A DNA stretch of 64,000 bases from a virus. The notes beneath the pieces were generated by a model, which saw nothing but the letters and a program-made list of their open reading frames with translations, searched no databases and was not told where the DNA came from. The position numbers and the translations under genes were made by a program. The stretch is taken from positions 21,597-85,596 of the IMG/VR virus record IMGVR_UViG_3300013286_000009; one strand, given 5' to 3'. Below, one piece after another: positions 41,273-51,230 of the stretch; the stretch's first letter is position 1, and each line of letters begins with the position of its first letter.

Positions 41273-41592
41273 TATACTGCCAATGTGCTTATGGTAAATG
41301 TTAACATACTAGCAAGACTTGCTATGGCAATCAATACATCGCCGTTTGCTAAAACTAATTTTTCTTGATCTAAACTTACAGTTTCGCCTGCCGGAATGGG
41401 TAATGCTGAAATAATTGTGTGTTTAACTTGGGTGGTTGTCCCGCTGACATCGGCCGCAGGAACGGCAAATAATGTTAAATTACTAGTTGATGCTCCGTAG
41501 TTACAAATAATTATAGTTGAAATAGCATTTGCACCGCTACTTGTATACATAACTGAATTACTTGCTGTAACTAATGTATTTTGAATTGCCAT
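41272..41592 (-). CDS. Small virion adaptor-like protein
   Basis: 106 aa, TIIICN...IPAGETVSLDQEKLVLANGD. Confidence 0.7.
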   Translation of the reverse strand: MAIQNTLVTASNSVMYTSSGANAISTIIICNYGASTSNLTLFAVPAADVSGTTTQVKHTIISALPIPAGETVSLDQEKLVLANGDVLIAIASLASMLTFTISTLAV

Positions 41593-41601
41593 GTTTGTTC
41601 C

Positions 41602-43155
41602 TTAAAATAGTATACTCAACAATAATGCTCTGTTTTTTGCAATTAATTCATCATTATAGTTAGCACTATTTACAAAATATATACCTGTCTTACCTGCACC
41701 TATGGTTGAACTAGCATAAAGTTCCGCACCAGAGGATGTGTATGTCGGTACACTAACCAAATTATCTAACATTAAATAACCATTTACTTCAACTGCCGCA
41801 CTGCTGGCCGCAGTTAGTACTAGATTATTTCCGCCAGTGCCACTAATAGTGTTTTGTGTTGTATTTCCACCAATACGTACATTACCTAAGAAGAAACCAG
41901 CATTGGTCATAGTTCCAATCGTAGTAGGAGACGATGCGACTTGCGCTTGGAAAGTGATTGTACTACTACCAGCTTGTATACTTGTATTAGCTGTACCTAT
42001 TGTTGATCCAACTGTTGATGGATATTGTAAATTTGATACTAATGCATTACCTGGAGTGCCGTTCGTATACGTACTTGATACATAATTTTGTAAAAATTTG
42101 TATGTTGGAATATCATTATCTCTAATAACATAATTGGCATAATTAATACTATTTGCAACTGTCAATACTTTAGTCGTATTGCGCATGTCAAATACTATAT
42201 CAGTTGGATTGCCGCCGTTAGTGATGGTTTCAAGAGCCAATCCGTTCAACTTACCATCTACAGTTTTTAATTGGAATACACCGGCTAAATCAGCACCAGT
42301 ACTTGCTACTATTGTAGCTGTTAAATTAGTTCCGCTACTACTAGTAGTTGTAATAGCAGGGCCGCTATAAGTTGCAGACAATGTAAATGCTGATATACCG
42401 CCGGCAGTTGCCACTCCACTAGTTACTGTGCCTCCCCTAGTTCCCCAGTTTATAGCGGCACCACCAAGTGTTGCGGCTAGTGTAACTGTTGTTGAATTTG
42501 AAGTTGTTACAGCAACATAGTATGTTGTATTTGCTGATAATCCGCCGCCACTGATGCTGTTACCTGTGGTAATTGTAGTGCCTGCTGTAAGACTAGTGCT
42601 AGCATTTAATGTTACTGTGGCAGTGCTTGCAGTTGTGCTATTAATGGTAACTGTTGATCCACTAACGGATACAATATAATAAGTTTTTGGACTTGTATAA
42701 CCGCTTATACTTCCTGCATTTATTGCGCCAGTAATTGTTACACTTGATCCAACTGTTAAAGGTGTAGTATCGCAACTAAATTGACCAGCTGTGCCGGTAA
42801 TTTTTACAGTGGTTAATGTTGTTGAAAATTCATCCCAGTGGCTGATATCTTCGTTGAATAAAATTTGTGCAGGCGAACGATATGTAGGATTACCTCGTTC
42901 AATTTCAATGCCAGCTGTTCTAACAGTAATACCGTTAGTGCTAGAAGTATCGCCAGAATTTATCTGAATGATATTGTCGGTAATTGCACTATTAGTAGTT
43001 TCAATAGTTGTAGTACTACCAAGTACATCTAAATTACCTTTTATTAAAACTGTCCCATAACTTGCTCCGCCCGCTTGTGTATCAAGCGTAATGGTTCCTC
43101 CAGTGGATACCTGGACTTTATAATTACTATTGGGAACAACGACTATACGTGACAT
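41602..43155 (-). CDS. Fibre-like virion structural protein
   Basis: GNLDVLGSTTTIETTN..ITDNII.IN...AGIEIERG fibre motif, inserted YYV/YYI modules, ends ELIAKNRALLLSILF. Confidence 0.72.
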   Translation of the reverse strand: MSRIVVVPNSNYKVQVSTGGTITLDTQAGGASYGTVLIKGNLDVLGSTTTIETTNSAITDNIIQINSGDTSSTNGITVRTAGIEIERGNPTYRSPAQILFNEDISHWDEFSTTLTTVKITGTAGQFSCDTTPLTVGSSVTITGAINAGSISGYTSPKTYYIVSVSGSTVTINSTTASTATVTLNASTSLTAGTTITTGNSISGGGLSANTTYYVAVTTSNSTTVTLAATLGGAAINWGTRGGTVTSGVATAGGISAFTLSATYSGPAITTTSSSGTNLTATIVASTGADLAGVFQLKTVDGKLNGLALETITNGGNPTDIVFDMRNTTKVLTVANSINYANYVIRDNDIPTYKFLQNYVSSTYTNGTPGNALVSNLQYPSTVGSTIGTANTSIQAGSSTITFQAQVASSPTTIGTMTNAGFFLGNVRIGGNTTQNTISGTGGNNLVLTAASSAAVEVNGYLMLDNLVSVPTYTSSGAELYASSTIGAGKTGIYFVNSANYNDELIAKNRALLLSILF

Positions 43156-43167
43156 AAGAATCCTAGA

Positions 43168-43185
43168 AGGGGACCGAAGTCCCCT
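43168..43185 (-). terminator. cUUCGg hairpin (weak terminator or stabiliser)
   Basis: AGGGGAC-TTCG-GTCCCCT just after the stop of 43195..44976, with only a short U-tail. Confidence 0.65.
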
Positions 43186-43194
43186 GTTAAGTTA

Positions 43195-44976
43195 TTAAGC
43201 GTTATCAATTGTAACAGTTGTGCTTGCTACAGCTGATCCTGTTGTCCATAATGCTGTTGCACCGTTAGAAAACTGGAAACTAGAACCTACGTTTTGTTGT
43301 AATGTTACTTTGTTTTTTGTTAGTTTAGTAACAAAATATGTATTACCAGCAGAGTCAGTGGCACCAATAGTCATAAACCCAGCTGTTAATGGAGTTGTTG
43401 ATGTTAATAAACAAACATCAATGCCGTCTGGTGTTTCAACTTTGTATCTACGTGAACCTTTTTGTGCAACAATATCTGATTCGCTGTATTCTTTTGAGCC
43501 TGTTGGCAAGAATGCTGATACAATGATAGATGGGCCAAAGTTTCCTGTACTACCATAAGTACCTTGTGTACCGCTAGCAGTTGTTAGAACAGCAGTAAGT
43601 GTACCTGAACTACCTGTTAAACCACTAGCTGATATTACCAAATATTGGCTACCAACACCAGTTGTGCTGGCAATTGGACCTGCATCTGTTGTGATGCCTA
43701 CCGCTGTGCTAGTAAAGACGTTTGCATAGGTTGAAGCAATAGAAATCTGCTTAGTTGCTGAGTTAACTGCAATAATATAATATGTACCAGCTGTTACACC
43801 AGATGAACCACCTGTACCAGTCGTTACAAATTTCTGACCTTGCGCTACTAGACCGTTTACGCTTGACAATGTCAATGTACCAGCTGTAGTAAATGTTAAA
43901 CCAGTTGTTGTACCAGCCGAAGTTACTTGAGCAGTTGTTGGTAAACCAGTTGCGGCAGTTAATGCCACTAGGGTAATTGTGCTAGTACCGTTAGTTGCTG
44001 AAACAATATAGTTGTTACCTGTTGTGTAGCCTGTCCAAGTTGTGCCGCCAATAGTACCTGTTACAGCAATGACCTGTCCTACCCAGAATGTACCAGCAGA
44101 TTGTGCTGTGCTGAATGAGAAGTTACCTGTTGTACCACTTGTTACTGTACCAAGTGTTAGACCAGCACCAGCTGTTGCGGCTGTGATTGGTAGTGCCGCT
44201 GTGCTAGTTGTTACATAGCCATCGCCTGCGGCAGTAATGGTTGCGCTAGTTAAACTCCATTGTGCTACAGCAATAGTGTGACCTGCACCACTTGATGGAA
44301 CTGTTGTTGCTAGTGCTGTTGTGTTTACAGTTGTGCTTGTACCGCTTAGGTATACTGCTGATGTAACTGTACCAGCTACTGTACCAATAGTAACTGCACC
44401 GTTTGAAATTGCAGTTGAACCACCAGTAAATGTAATTGCTGTACCAGCAATAGCAAGAGCATAAGTTGCGGCCAATGTTACTGTAGTTGAGCTTGAAGTT
44501 GAAGCGGCAACATAGTATGTTGTGTTAGCGGTCAACCCTGTAGTTGTTGTAACTGTACCGCCAGTGATAAAGCTAGCACCTTGAATGTAGCTACCACTTG
44601 TAACTGTAACGGCTGTACCGTTAGTGTTGGTAATTGTGTTACCAGCGATAGTGCTCAATGTTGGTGTAAATTTAATACCTGTTGTTGCTTGTGTTAAGAT
44701 ATCAGTTGCTAGATAAGCTACTGTAGCTGTACCAGCTACTGTGATCTGAGCCGCTGTTGGTGTATATAGTGGTGTACCAGTTGCGCGAACTGCACCTAAT
44801 GCTGAACCTAGCGGTACTGAAAATAGTAATGTACCAGTACCAGCTGTAATAGCACCAGCTGTACCAGTAGCACTTGCTACTGATTGGCCGCCAAGGCCTG
44901 CATCACCTGTGGTTAATAAACCTGTGGAACCTAAATTAAGGTTACCAAAAAATCTTTTTGCTAAAGGACGTCCCAT
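43195..44976 (-). CDS. Virion structural protein (possible head decoration/fibre), Thr/Gly/Ala-rich
   Basis: MGRPLAKRFFG N-terminus and IVAQKGSRRYKV...YFVTKLT C-terminus. Directly downstream of the capsid gene with its own promoter and a strong SD. Confidence 0.7.
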   Translation of the reverse strand: MGRPLAKRFFGNLNLGSTGLLTTGDAGLGGQSVASATGTAGAITAGTGTLLFSVPLGSALGAVRATGTPLYTPTAAQITVAGTATVAYLATDILTQATTGIKFTPTLSTIAGNTITNTNGTAVTVTSGSYIQGASFITGGTVTTTTGLTANTTYYVAASTSSSTTVTLAATYALAIAGTAITFTGGSTAISNGAVTIGTVAGTVTSAVYLSGTSTTVNTTALATTVPSSGAGHTIAVAQWSLTSATITAAGDGYVTTSTAALPITAATAGAGLTLGTVTSGTTGNFSFSTAQSAGTFWVGQVIAVTGTIGGTTWTGYTTGNNYIVSATNGTSTITLVALTAATGLPTTAQVTSAGTTTGLTFTTAGTLTLSSVNGLVAQGQKFVTTGTGGSSGVTAGTYYIIAVNSATKQISIASTYANVFTSTAVGITTDAGPIASTTGVGSQYLVISASGLTGSSGTLTAVLTTASGTQGTYGSTGNFGPSIIVSAFLPTGSKEYSESDIVAQKGSRRYKVETPDGIDVCLLTSTTPLTAGFMTIGATDSAGNTYFVTKLTKNKVTLQQNVGSSFQFSNGATALWTTGSAVASTTVTIDNA

Positions 44977-44998
44977 TTTATTTTCTCCTTAAGAAATA

Positions 44999-45060
44999 AC
45001 GGCGTTCTAGGCCGTACGCGGTTGGATATCCGCATAAAATCCACACCATGTGGATCGTAC
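44999..45060 (-). ncRNA. Candidate three-hairpin 5' leader RNA
   Basis: AUCCACA-UGG-UGUGGAU, GCGG-N8-CCGC and ACGGC-N7-GCCGU lie between the CTAAATA promoter and the AAGGAG SD. Confidence 0.5.
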
Positions 45061-45064
45061 TAAG

Positions 45065-45071
45065 TATTTAG
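45065..45071 (-). promoter_or_regulatory. Late promoter (CTAAATA)
   Basis: TAAATA core just after the capsid-gene terminator. Confidence 0.6.
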
Positions 45072-45080
45072 CTGGAAATG

Positions 45081-45105
45081 AAAAAGGGCTCCGAAGAGCC
45101 CTTTT
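45081..45105 (-). terminator. Rho-independent terminator after the major capsid gene
   Basis: AAAAGGGCTC-TTCG-GAGCCCTTTTT with a UUCG loop and U-tract. Confidence 0.9.
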
Positions 45106-45131
45106 ATATTGCTTGCAATATAAATTTCAGA

Positions 45132-46304
45132 TTAACTGAATTTTACGTTTGCACTAGTGATACCAACACGACCTAGATAGTCAGCGGCATTGCCTAGAGA
45201 AGAAGCAGTATTGCTCAACTCTACATAACCATAACGTGTCATGAATGAAACGACTGGTTCGAATGTGCTTGGATCTAGAACAACACCACTGCTCATCAAT
45301 GGGATGTATGGGCAATAGAACGCTGGTGCATCGCTTTCGCTAGCGCCTTTGTATCCGATTAGGATTGATGTTGAATCTTGAGCATATGAGTTAACATATA
45401 CTTTCATTGCATTATTCAATGTTCCAACAAACTTAGTGTTTGTAGGAGCTTCGAATGTACCTTCTGTTGTACGAGCAAATGCGCTTGTAGTAGCTGATTG
45501 CAAAATTGTCAATGCAAATGGGCTAACAACAGCGTAGTTACCAGCACCACGACGAGTACGTTGAGCGATCAAGTTAGCAACACGGTTGATCTGAACTGCC
45601 AATGCGGCATGTTCGTCACCGACGAATGTTGCAGTACCAGATACAGCGGCTTGGTTATAAGTCTCAATATCTGAACCAGCTAGCAATAATAAGCTAGCTA
45701 GAATTTCTTGGTCGATTTCAGCAGTAATTTCTTGTGCTAAAGCGGCCATGATTTCTGCTTCTACGTCAATACCTTGTTGTGCTTGCGCATCTTGAGCGGC
45801 TTCAAAAGTCCAACGAGCTGATAGCTTACGAGTCTTAGCTTCAACTGTTTGTTTCAAGATTTGAATACTTAAACGGTTACCAGCTTGGCCTTCTAAAGTA
45901 GCTGTTGAAGCTGCCTTAGCGGTTGCGGCTGCATTACCAGAATAGGCTTCTGCAATCTTGAATGGGCTTAATGCCTCTTCACCAGCTACAACGCCAGCGC
46001 CAGATGATGAATCAGCATAACGCACACGTAGTGTGTGAATCTGACCAACTGGACCAGTCATTGGTTGTACACCTAACAATTCATTTGCAATGACTGTTGG
46101 CATAACGCGACGGATTACTGGAAGAATCACGCGATTTAATGTTGCGACGTTACCGGCAGAAGTAGCTCCAGCAGTTGGACTTTCCATCAAATACTTGCGA
46201 GTATTCTCAAGGGTTACACCCATTACTGATCTTTTAGTTCCTACAAGGCCTTCTAAAAGTGCTTCTTTAGTTTCCTGCCAACGTCCGTTAAGTAGTTCTG
46301 ACAT
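45132..46304 (-). CDS. gp23: Major capsid protein (T4 gp23-like)
   Basis: RRVMPTVIANELLGVQPMTGP, VEAKTRKLSARWT.E.AQD, EITAEIDQE, FYCPYIPL, FMTRYG. Confidence 0.97.
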   Translation of the reverse strand: MSELLNGRWQETKEALLEGLVGTKRSVMGVTLENTRKYLMESPTAGATSAGNVATLNRVILPVIRRVMPTVIANELLGVQPMTGPVGQIHTLRVRYADSSSGAGVVAGEEALSPFKIAEAYSGNAAATAKAASTATLEGQAGNRLSIQILKQTVEAKTRKLSARWTFEAAQDAQAQQGIDVEAEIMAALAQEITAEIDQEILASLLLLAGSDIETYNQAAVSGTATFVGDEHAALAVQINRVANLIAQRTRRGAGNYAVVSPFALTILQSATTSAFARTTEGTFEAPTNTKFVGTLNNAMKVYVNSYAQDSTSILIGYKGASESDAPAFYCPYIPLMSSGVVLDPSTFEPVVSFMTRYGYVELSNTASSLGNAADYLGRVGITSANVKFS

Positions 46305-46315
46305 TTAAATTCTCC

Positions 46316-47425
46316 TTAAATTTTTAGTCCAGCTAGACGACGAATATCGATGATATTGTTATCGCTTTCACTGCTACGTGTGGTGTTGGAAACTTTGTTC
46401 CCTGTTATTTCTTTAGCCTCTACTAATGCCTGTCTTTGAGTTGTTGTTTGTTTTTGAGGAGCTTTTCCTGCCACTACAGCTGGTAGATACTTGTCAAAAC
46501 TTTCTACAAGTCTTGATGTTTTCACAGTCTCCATCAATTCGCTCATTATTCCTTGTTGTTCCTTGTTTAAAGGACTCAACAATTCATTCATGATCTTTTG
46601 ACGCTCAATACCTTCTGCAAGGCGATGAGTCTCTGCTTTTTTGCTTTCTATTACTTTTTGTGCCATCAATACATGAGCTTGCGCTTCTGTAAGTTCGGCT
46701 GTTTTCAAGTCTATGACTTTGAGCAATTTAGCAGTTTCTGATTTTTCATTTAAGTAACTGGTCTGGTATTCTGCGGCAAAAGCCTCGAATAACTTACGAC
46801 CGAAGTCTGAACGACGAGCTTCTTCAATGTCTTCTTTCAATGATGCCATTTCGGTACGTAGACCTTCTGACACTACTTGATCGACCATTGATGCCGCACG
46901 TTGTACAAATTGTTCTTTTACTTTAGCAATCTGTTCACGTCCTTCACGAACTAAACGTACCTTAGTCTGAGCTAAGTCTTGCTTGTCTTTGTAAAATTCT
47001 GTAATTTCTTGAGCCAGAGCTTCTACTACGAAACTTTCTAGTGTGGAGAATTTCTTCGCCATCTTCATCTGATCTTCATGCAATTCTAATACTTCTGAAG
47101 CTAGTTGACGTGTAACAAATTCCTTCATTACTTCAGCATCTTTCTTCATTTTCTTAGCGGCTTTGACTTTCATCTCAGCTAACTGCTTACGATCATCTGC
47201 AAACTCAACAATTTCTGTTGCTAATTGGTCGCTGATCATTTTATCGACAGCTTCAATCATAACATTTTTGTCATGTTCATATTTTCTAGAAAACTCTTCG
47301 CGCAATTCTTGTGCGACTTGTTCGCGAGCTTCGATAATACGGCTCTCGAACGCGACTTGAATTGACTCTTGGATCTCTTCAGAAATCACATTGTTTTCAA
47401 ATAACGATTTAAGTGCATCCAACAT
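46316..47425 (-). CDS. gp22: Prohead scaffold/core protein (gp22-like)
   Basis: Glu/Lys-rich coiled coil between the protease and capsid genes. Confidence 0.8.
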   Translation of the reverse strand: MLDALKSLFENNVISEEIQESIQVAFESRIIEAREQVAQELREEFSRKYEHDKNVMIEAVDKMISDQLATEIVEFADDRKQLAEMKVKAAKKMKKDAEVMKEFVTRQLASEVLELHEDQMKMAKKFSTLESFVVEALAQEITEFYKDKQDLAQTKVRLVREGREQIAKVKEQFVQRAASMVDQVVSEGLRTEMASLKEDIEEARRSDFGRKLFEAFAAEYQTSYLNEKSETAKLLKVIDLKTAELTEAQAHVLMAQKVIESKKAETHRLAEGIERQKIMNELLSPLNKEQQGIMSELMETVKTSRLVESFDKYLPAVVAGKAPQKQTTTQRQALVEAKEITGNKVSNTTRSSESDNNIIDIRRLAGLKI

Positions 47426-47437
47426 GTGATTCTCCTT

Positions 47438-48067
47438 TTATTGGAGGTTGCTTATTATATTCAATAAGCTCTCTTTGAGATATTTCTGTGCTTTAGGATC
47501 ACCTTTCACCTCTTGCGCTATGCGCAAGGCACTTAATCCGCCCTTATTATTCATAAGGTGTTCATAAATTGGTGTTGGGTATGCGCCTGGGGCACTAGGT
47601 TGAGCTACCATATCTACAGTGATAATCTCAAAATCCGATACTTCACCGGATCCGTCAGCTTTGACGTTTCCGGATCCGCGACTACTAACTCCTAACTTAA
47701 CTCCGCTTTCCAGCATTGTCTTGATTAGTTGTCCCATAGGGGTTGGTAAAATTTTCAGTTTACCATAACCATTTGGGCCATCCATCCACATATTTGTAAT
47801 CATGTGTGACACACGGTCCAGGTTAATTTTTAGATCATCTGGGTGATCTACTTCTCCGAGAACTGAATAGCCGTTCTGAATCTGATCGTTTAGGGTTTTG
47901 ACAGCCTTGCCAATCTCATTAACAGGGTAAACACGCTGGTTAGCGTTACGAATACCACCCTGGATGCAAATCCCGGACATGTATAAGTTTTTCCCATCTT
48001 TGTCATCAGACTCAACGACCATTTTTGCTTCGTTGAAACTGAGATTCTCTCGGAGGTATAAAGACAT
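47438..48067 (-). CDS. gp21: Prohead protease (gp21-like)
   Basis: RNANQRVYP, GEVDHP, VSHMI, LGVSSRGSG, DMVAQPSAPGAY. Confidence 0.95.
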   Translation of the reverse strand: MSLYLRENLSFNEAKMVVESDDKDGKNLYMSGICIQGGIRNANQRVYPVNEIGKAVKTLNDQIQNGYSVLGEVDHPDDLKINLDRVSHMITNMWMDGPNGYGKLKILPTPMGQLIKTMLESGVKLGVSSRGSGNVKADGSGEVSDFEIITVDMVAQPSAPGAYPTPIYEHLMNNKGGLSALRIAQEVKGDPKAQKYLKESLLNIISNLQ

Positions 48068-48088
48068 ATTTTTAATAGTCTCGTTTAA

Positions 48089-49120
48089 TTACTTACGTGC
48101 TTTAAGAATACTTGTTGTGTTGCTTTCGCCACGGCCACTTGTATCTTTTGCACCAACTTGCATGCCTGGCTTGTTATACCCAGCTTGACGATCAATACCA
48201 CCGCCTTTAACTTGAGTTTTAAAACCAGTCTTACCAGCTTTGCCGCCTGGAACATTGATGTTACCTTTAGCATCTGGATTAGGAACAACATTTGGTTTCA
48301 TTACGCCTGGACCTTGTACTGTCGATTTAGCACCAATATCAGCACTAACTTCGCGGTGGCCTTGAGCGATATTAGCAGTTGTTCCGCCCATATCATTCTT
48401 GCCAGCAACAATACTCTTTGTATTTGTTGAGCCAGTTACTGAACCAGCTTGTGCGCCAACGTGTGAGCCTTCTGCTGGATTAGCTGAATCCCAATTCATA
48501 CCAACTTTTTCTACATATTCACGGATTAATTGCTCATCGCTGTCAATTGACTCGTATGGCATACCTACGTCTTGTGCATCGTGGTGTACGTGATGGATAG
48601 TTTTTGTATCGCCACCCATTGATTCGTCTTCTTCGTGATCTGTACCCATGTCGTCACCACCCATGTCTTGACCTGGCTCTAAATCATCTAGCTCGCCACC
48701 GTGGTCACCTGCACCACCAGTTTCTTCTTCGTGCTTTTCACCGGATAACATTTGATCAAATTCTGCTTTTAGATCTTCCAAAGCATCTTCTAAATCTTGG
48801 ACGCGATCTTCAACATCGCCTTCTGGTTCTGCATCGCTGTCACCCATTTCGGTGTCATTTTCGCTGTCATCTTCGCCGTCATCTTCTACATCGCTAGCAA
48901 AGTCATCAGTGGCATCACCACCGATATCGCTGTCACTGTCTTCGGAATCGTCGTCTTTGTCTTCCTCATCCTTGGCTGGAGGGAAATCGCTTTCTAGCAA
49001 TTCTTCGTAAATTTCACGAGATTTTGCTACTACGATGTTGTGGAATAATTCTTTTGCTGTTTCTTGATCTTCATTGATCAATGCCTCAAGCATGGCTTCA
49101 AATTGCTTACGATCAGTCAT
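48089..49120 (-). CDS. Highly acidic prohead core/internal protein
   Basis: Asp/Glu-rich N-terminal half, Gly/Lys-rich C-terminal half, located between portal and protease, GGAG SD. Confidence 0.65.
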   Translation of the reverse strand: MTDRKQFEAMLEALINEDQETAKELFHNIVVAKSREIYEELLESDFPPAKDEEDKDDDSEDSDSDIGGDATDDFASDVEDDGEDDSENDTEMGDSDAEPEGDVEDRVQDLEDALEDLKAEFDQMLSGEKHEEETGGAGDHGGELDDLEPGQDMGGDDMGTDHEEDESMGGDTKTIHHVHHDAQDVGMPYESIDSDEQLIREYVEKVGMNWDSANPAEGSHVGAQAGSVTGSTNTKSIVAGKNDMGGTTANIAQGHREVSADIGAKSTVQGPGVMKPNVVPNPDAKGNINVPGGKAGKTGFKTQVKGGGIDRQAGYNKPGMQVGAKDTSGRGESNTTSILKARK

Positions 49121-49157
49121 GTTTATCTCCTGTGGTTTTGTTTACAAGGCTGTAAGA

Positions 49158-49164
49158 TATTTAC
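49158..49164 (-). promoter_or_regulatory. Late promoter (GTAAATA)
   Basis: TAAATA core upstream of the head operon, abutted by the inverted repeat CACTATT-N7-AATAGTG (49164-49184). Confidence 0.55.
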
Positions 49165-49226
49165 ACTATTGTTTAAAAATAGTGCAGATATAGATGAAAA
49201 ACGGGCCGTTTTATGCCTGTTCTTAA

Positions 49227-49469
49227 TTATGCTGGTGCAGGCTCAGGAGGTTTAGCATACATTGTATGTATAAACTCAAGCTCTGTCTCTTGTTCTAGTA
49301 TATGTGCTTCACTGGCTTTTCGCAATTCATTAATCTGAGATAATGTTAATCGCGTCTTGCGAGTGTCTTTTCTTTGCATCTCACTGCCGTCACGATTTGC
49401 ATTGTAACGCATATCGTTAGCAATATGTCGAGTATTAGCATCAATATAAAAGAGTTCTCTTAAAATCAT
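49227..49469 (-). CDS. Small head-module protein
   Basis: Likely start at ATG 49469 (MILRELFY...RKTRLTLSQINELRK). The longer ORF-track version overlaps the portal gene. Confidence 0.7.
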   Translation of the reverse strand: MILRELFYIDANTRHIANDMRYNANRDGSEMQRKDTRKTRLTLSQINELRKASEAHILEQETELEFIHTMYAKPPEPAPA

Positions 49470-49476
49470 AAAGTAT

Positions 49477-51216
49477 TTATGCAGAAGGAGGAGGAGTACT
49501 AGGTGCCGATGCGGCTGGCCCGCCTGGACCGCCACCTCCGGCTTGTTCAGTGCCTGGAGTTTCCATACCTTCAGGTGCTGTTAAGTCGCCTTCGTCATTC
49601 ATATCACCTGCAATTCCGCCAGCAGACAAGCCTGCACCACGCAATTCTCCAGCACTATCAGTACTAGTAGGTTGCCCTTGGCCTTGTTCTTCGCTCCATA
49701 GACGTTCGTTTTCGGCCATCTCGTCGTCGCTTAAACCTAGGAAACGTTTTAGTGCAAAGCGATGACTTACATAAGGAAGCGCCGCTACAGTAGTAAACGA
49801 TGTAATACGTTCTGCATCAAGTCCTGCTTGACGACTACTTGCAAAATTAAGTGGAGGATTAAAGGTTAAATCAAACAATGTAGCGTCTACATTAACGCCG
49901 CGTGAGTAAATGTAGCGTTTAAACTCTTCGTCAAATACTCTAGACACTAGACTTTGTAGTCTTTCACAGTATTTGTTAAAACGTAATTCTTGAATGTATG
50001 CTGTACCAACACGTCCATCGTTATAACTACTGTTGCTGTCGTCTGCACCTGTTGGCAAGTAACTACTTGGTATACGCAAACCACGGAATAGCTTGTTAGT
50101 AAAGTACTTTAAGTCGTCAATCTCACCTAAATTAGTACCGCCGGGCAATGTTGTAACATCTGACCCGCGCCCATCTGCTGATTTAGGAAAGAAATAGTCT
50201 TCGTTAATGCTTAACGGATTGTATGCACTGTCAATAACGTTTTGCCCGCCGCCATTTTGGCTAGGAATTCTACGTTGGTGGATCTGGTCTTTAACTCTTT
50301 CCACAAACGCCATAGCCAAGTGACTGGGCATGTTGCCTACATCTATGTGAAAGATGCGTCTTTCTGGGGCACGTTGTATACGATAGATTAGAATAGCATC
50401 TTCTAATAGTTCTTTTTGCTTGTAAACTTTAAAGATGTTTTCTAATAAACTGTTACCAAATGGATAGTTGTTGTCCAAGCCTTCTGACAAGGACAAGTGT
50501 ATAACGTGTTCTGCATCAATAGCATGTTCGCCGTCTTTTTTATCAAAACGTCCTCCAGCAGAAGTAGGAATAGATCCACTCATACCGCGTCCACCCATAC
50601 CGCCACCCTGGCTTACATTGCTTTGTGTACCACCGCGATTGTAATCTCTTACGTTAGGACTAATTTGTGTAGTCACTAAATTCATAAAATTAGGATTTAA
50701 ATCTTTAATAACATATTGTTCTGGTTTTTTGCCTTCACTTTCGTTTGCAATAATTTTAACAACTTTATTAGGATCAATATAAAACCATTTTTGATTTTCT
50801 GGATCACGAATAAAAAAACTGTCGCCATATTTGAATGTATTGCGCAGAATACGAAAAATACGAATGTCAAACTGCTGTAGTTTGCTCCATTGGTTTAAAT
50901 ATTCACCTAAAATCTTAATCTCAGGGTTGGTAGCTTTGCTACGCCAATCGATTTTAAAAGGACTATGTCCTGATTTTTCTTTTTGTGTGGTAAATTCTGC
51001 TAAGATATCTAATGCCGCATTAACTTCAGGATCACTATCCATTGTTTCGTATTGATTATAACGTTCAATTCGATTTGGACTACCTGAATACACATCTGGC
51101 AAATAGCTTGAATAATTTGTTTTTGCTGGACCCATACCAACACTTGATGTGCTCGGTCCCAATGCGCTACGACCTGAGCCAACAGCTATTGGTGTAAAGA
51201 ATTTTTTCCAACTCAT
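49477..51216 (-). CDS. gp20: Portal protein (gp20-like)
   Basis: LLEDAILIYRIQRAPERRIFHIDVGNMP, EDYFFP...GRGSDVTTLPGG.NLGEIDD..YF..KL...L.IP. Confidence 0.96.
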   Translation of the reverse strand: MSWKKFFTPIAVGSGRSALGPSTSSVGMGPAKTNYSSYLPDVYSGSPNRIERYNQYETMDSDPEVNAALDILAEFTTQKEKSGHSPFKIDWRSKATNPEIKILGEYLNQWSKLQQFDIRIFRILRNTFKYGDSFFIRDPENQKWFYIDPNKVVKIIANESEGKKPEQYVIKDLNPNFMNLVTTQISPNVRDYNRGGTQSNVSQGGGMGGRGMSGSIPTSAGGRFDKKDGEHAIDAEHVIHLSLSEGLDNNYPFGNSLLENIFKVYKQKELLEDAILIYRIQRAPERRIFHIDVGNMPSHLAMAFVERVKDQIHQRRIPSQNGGGQNVIDSAYNPLSINEDYFFPKSADGRGSDVTTLPGGTNLGEIDDLKYFTNKLFRGLRIPSSYLPTGADDSNSSYNDGRVGTAYIQELRFNKYCERLQSLVSRVFDEEFKRYIYSRGVNVDATLFDLTFNPPLNFASSRQAGLDAERITSFTTVAALPYVSHRFALKRFLGLSDDEMAENERLWSEEQGQGQPTSTDSAGELRGAGLSAGGIAGDMNDEGDLTAPEGMETPGTEQAGGGGPGGPAASAPSTPPPSA

Positions 51217-51230
51217 ATTATTTTGGGTCC

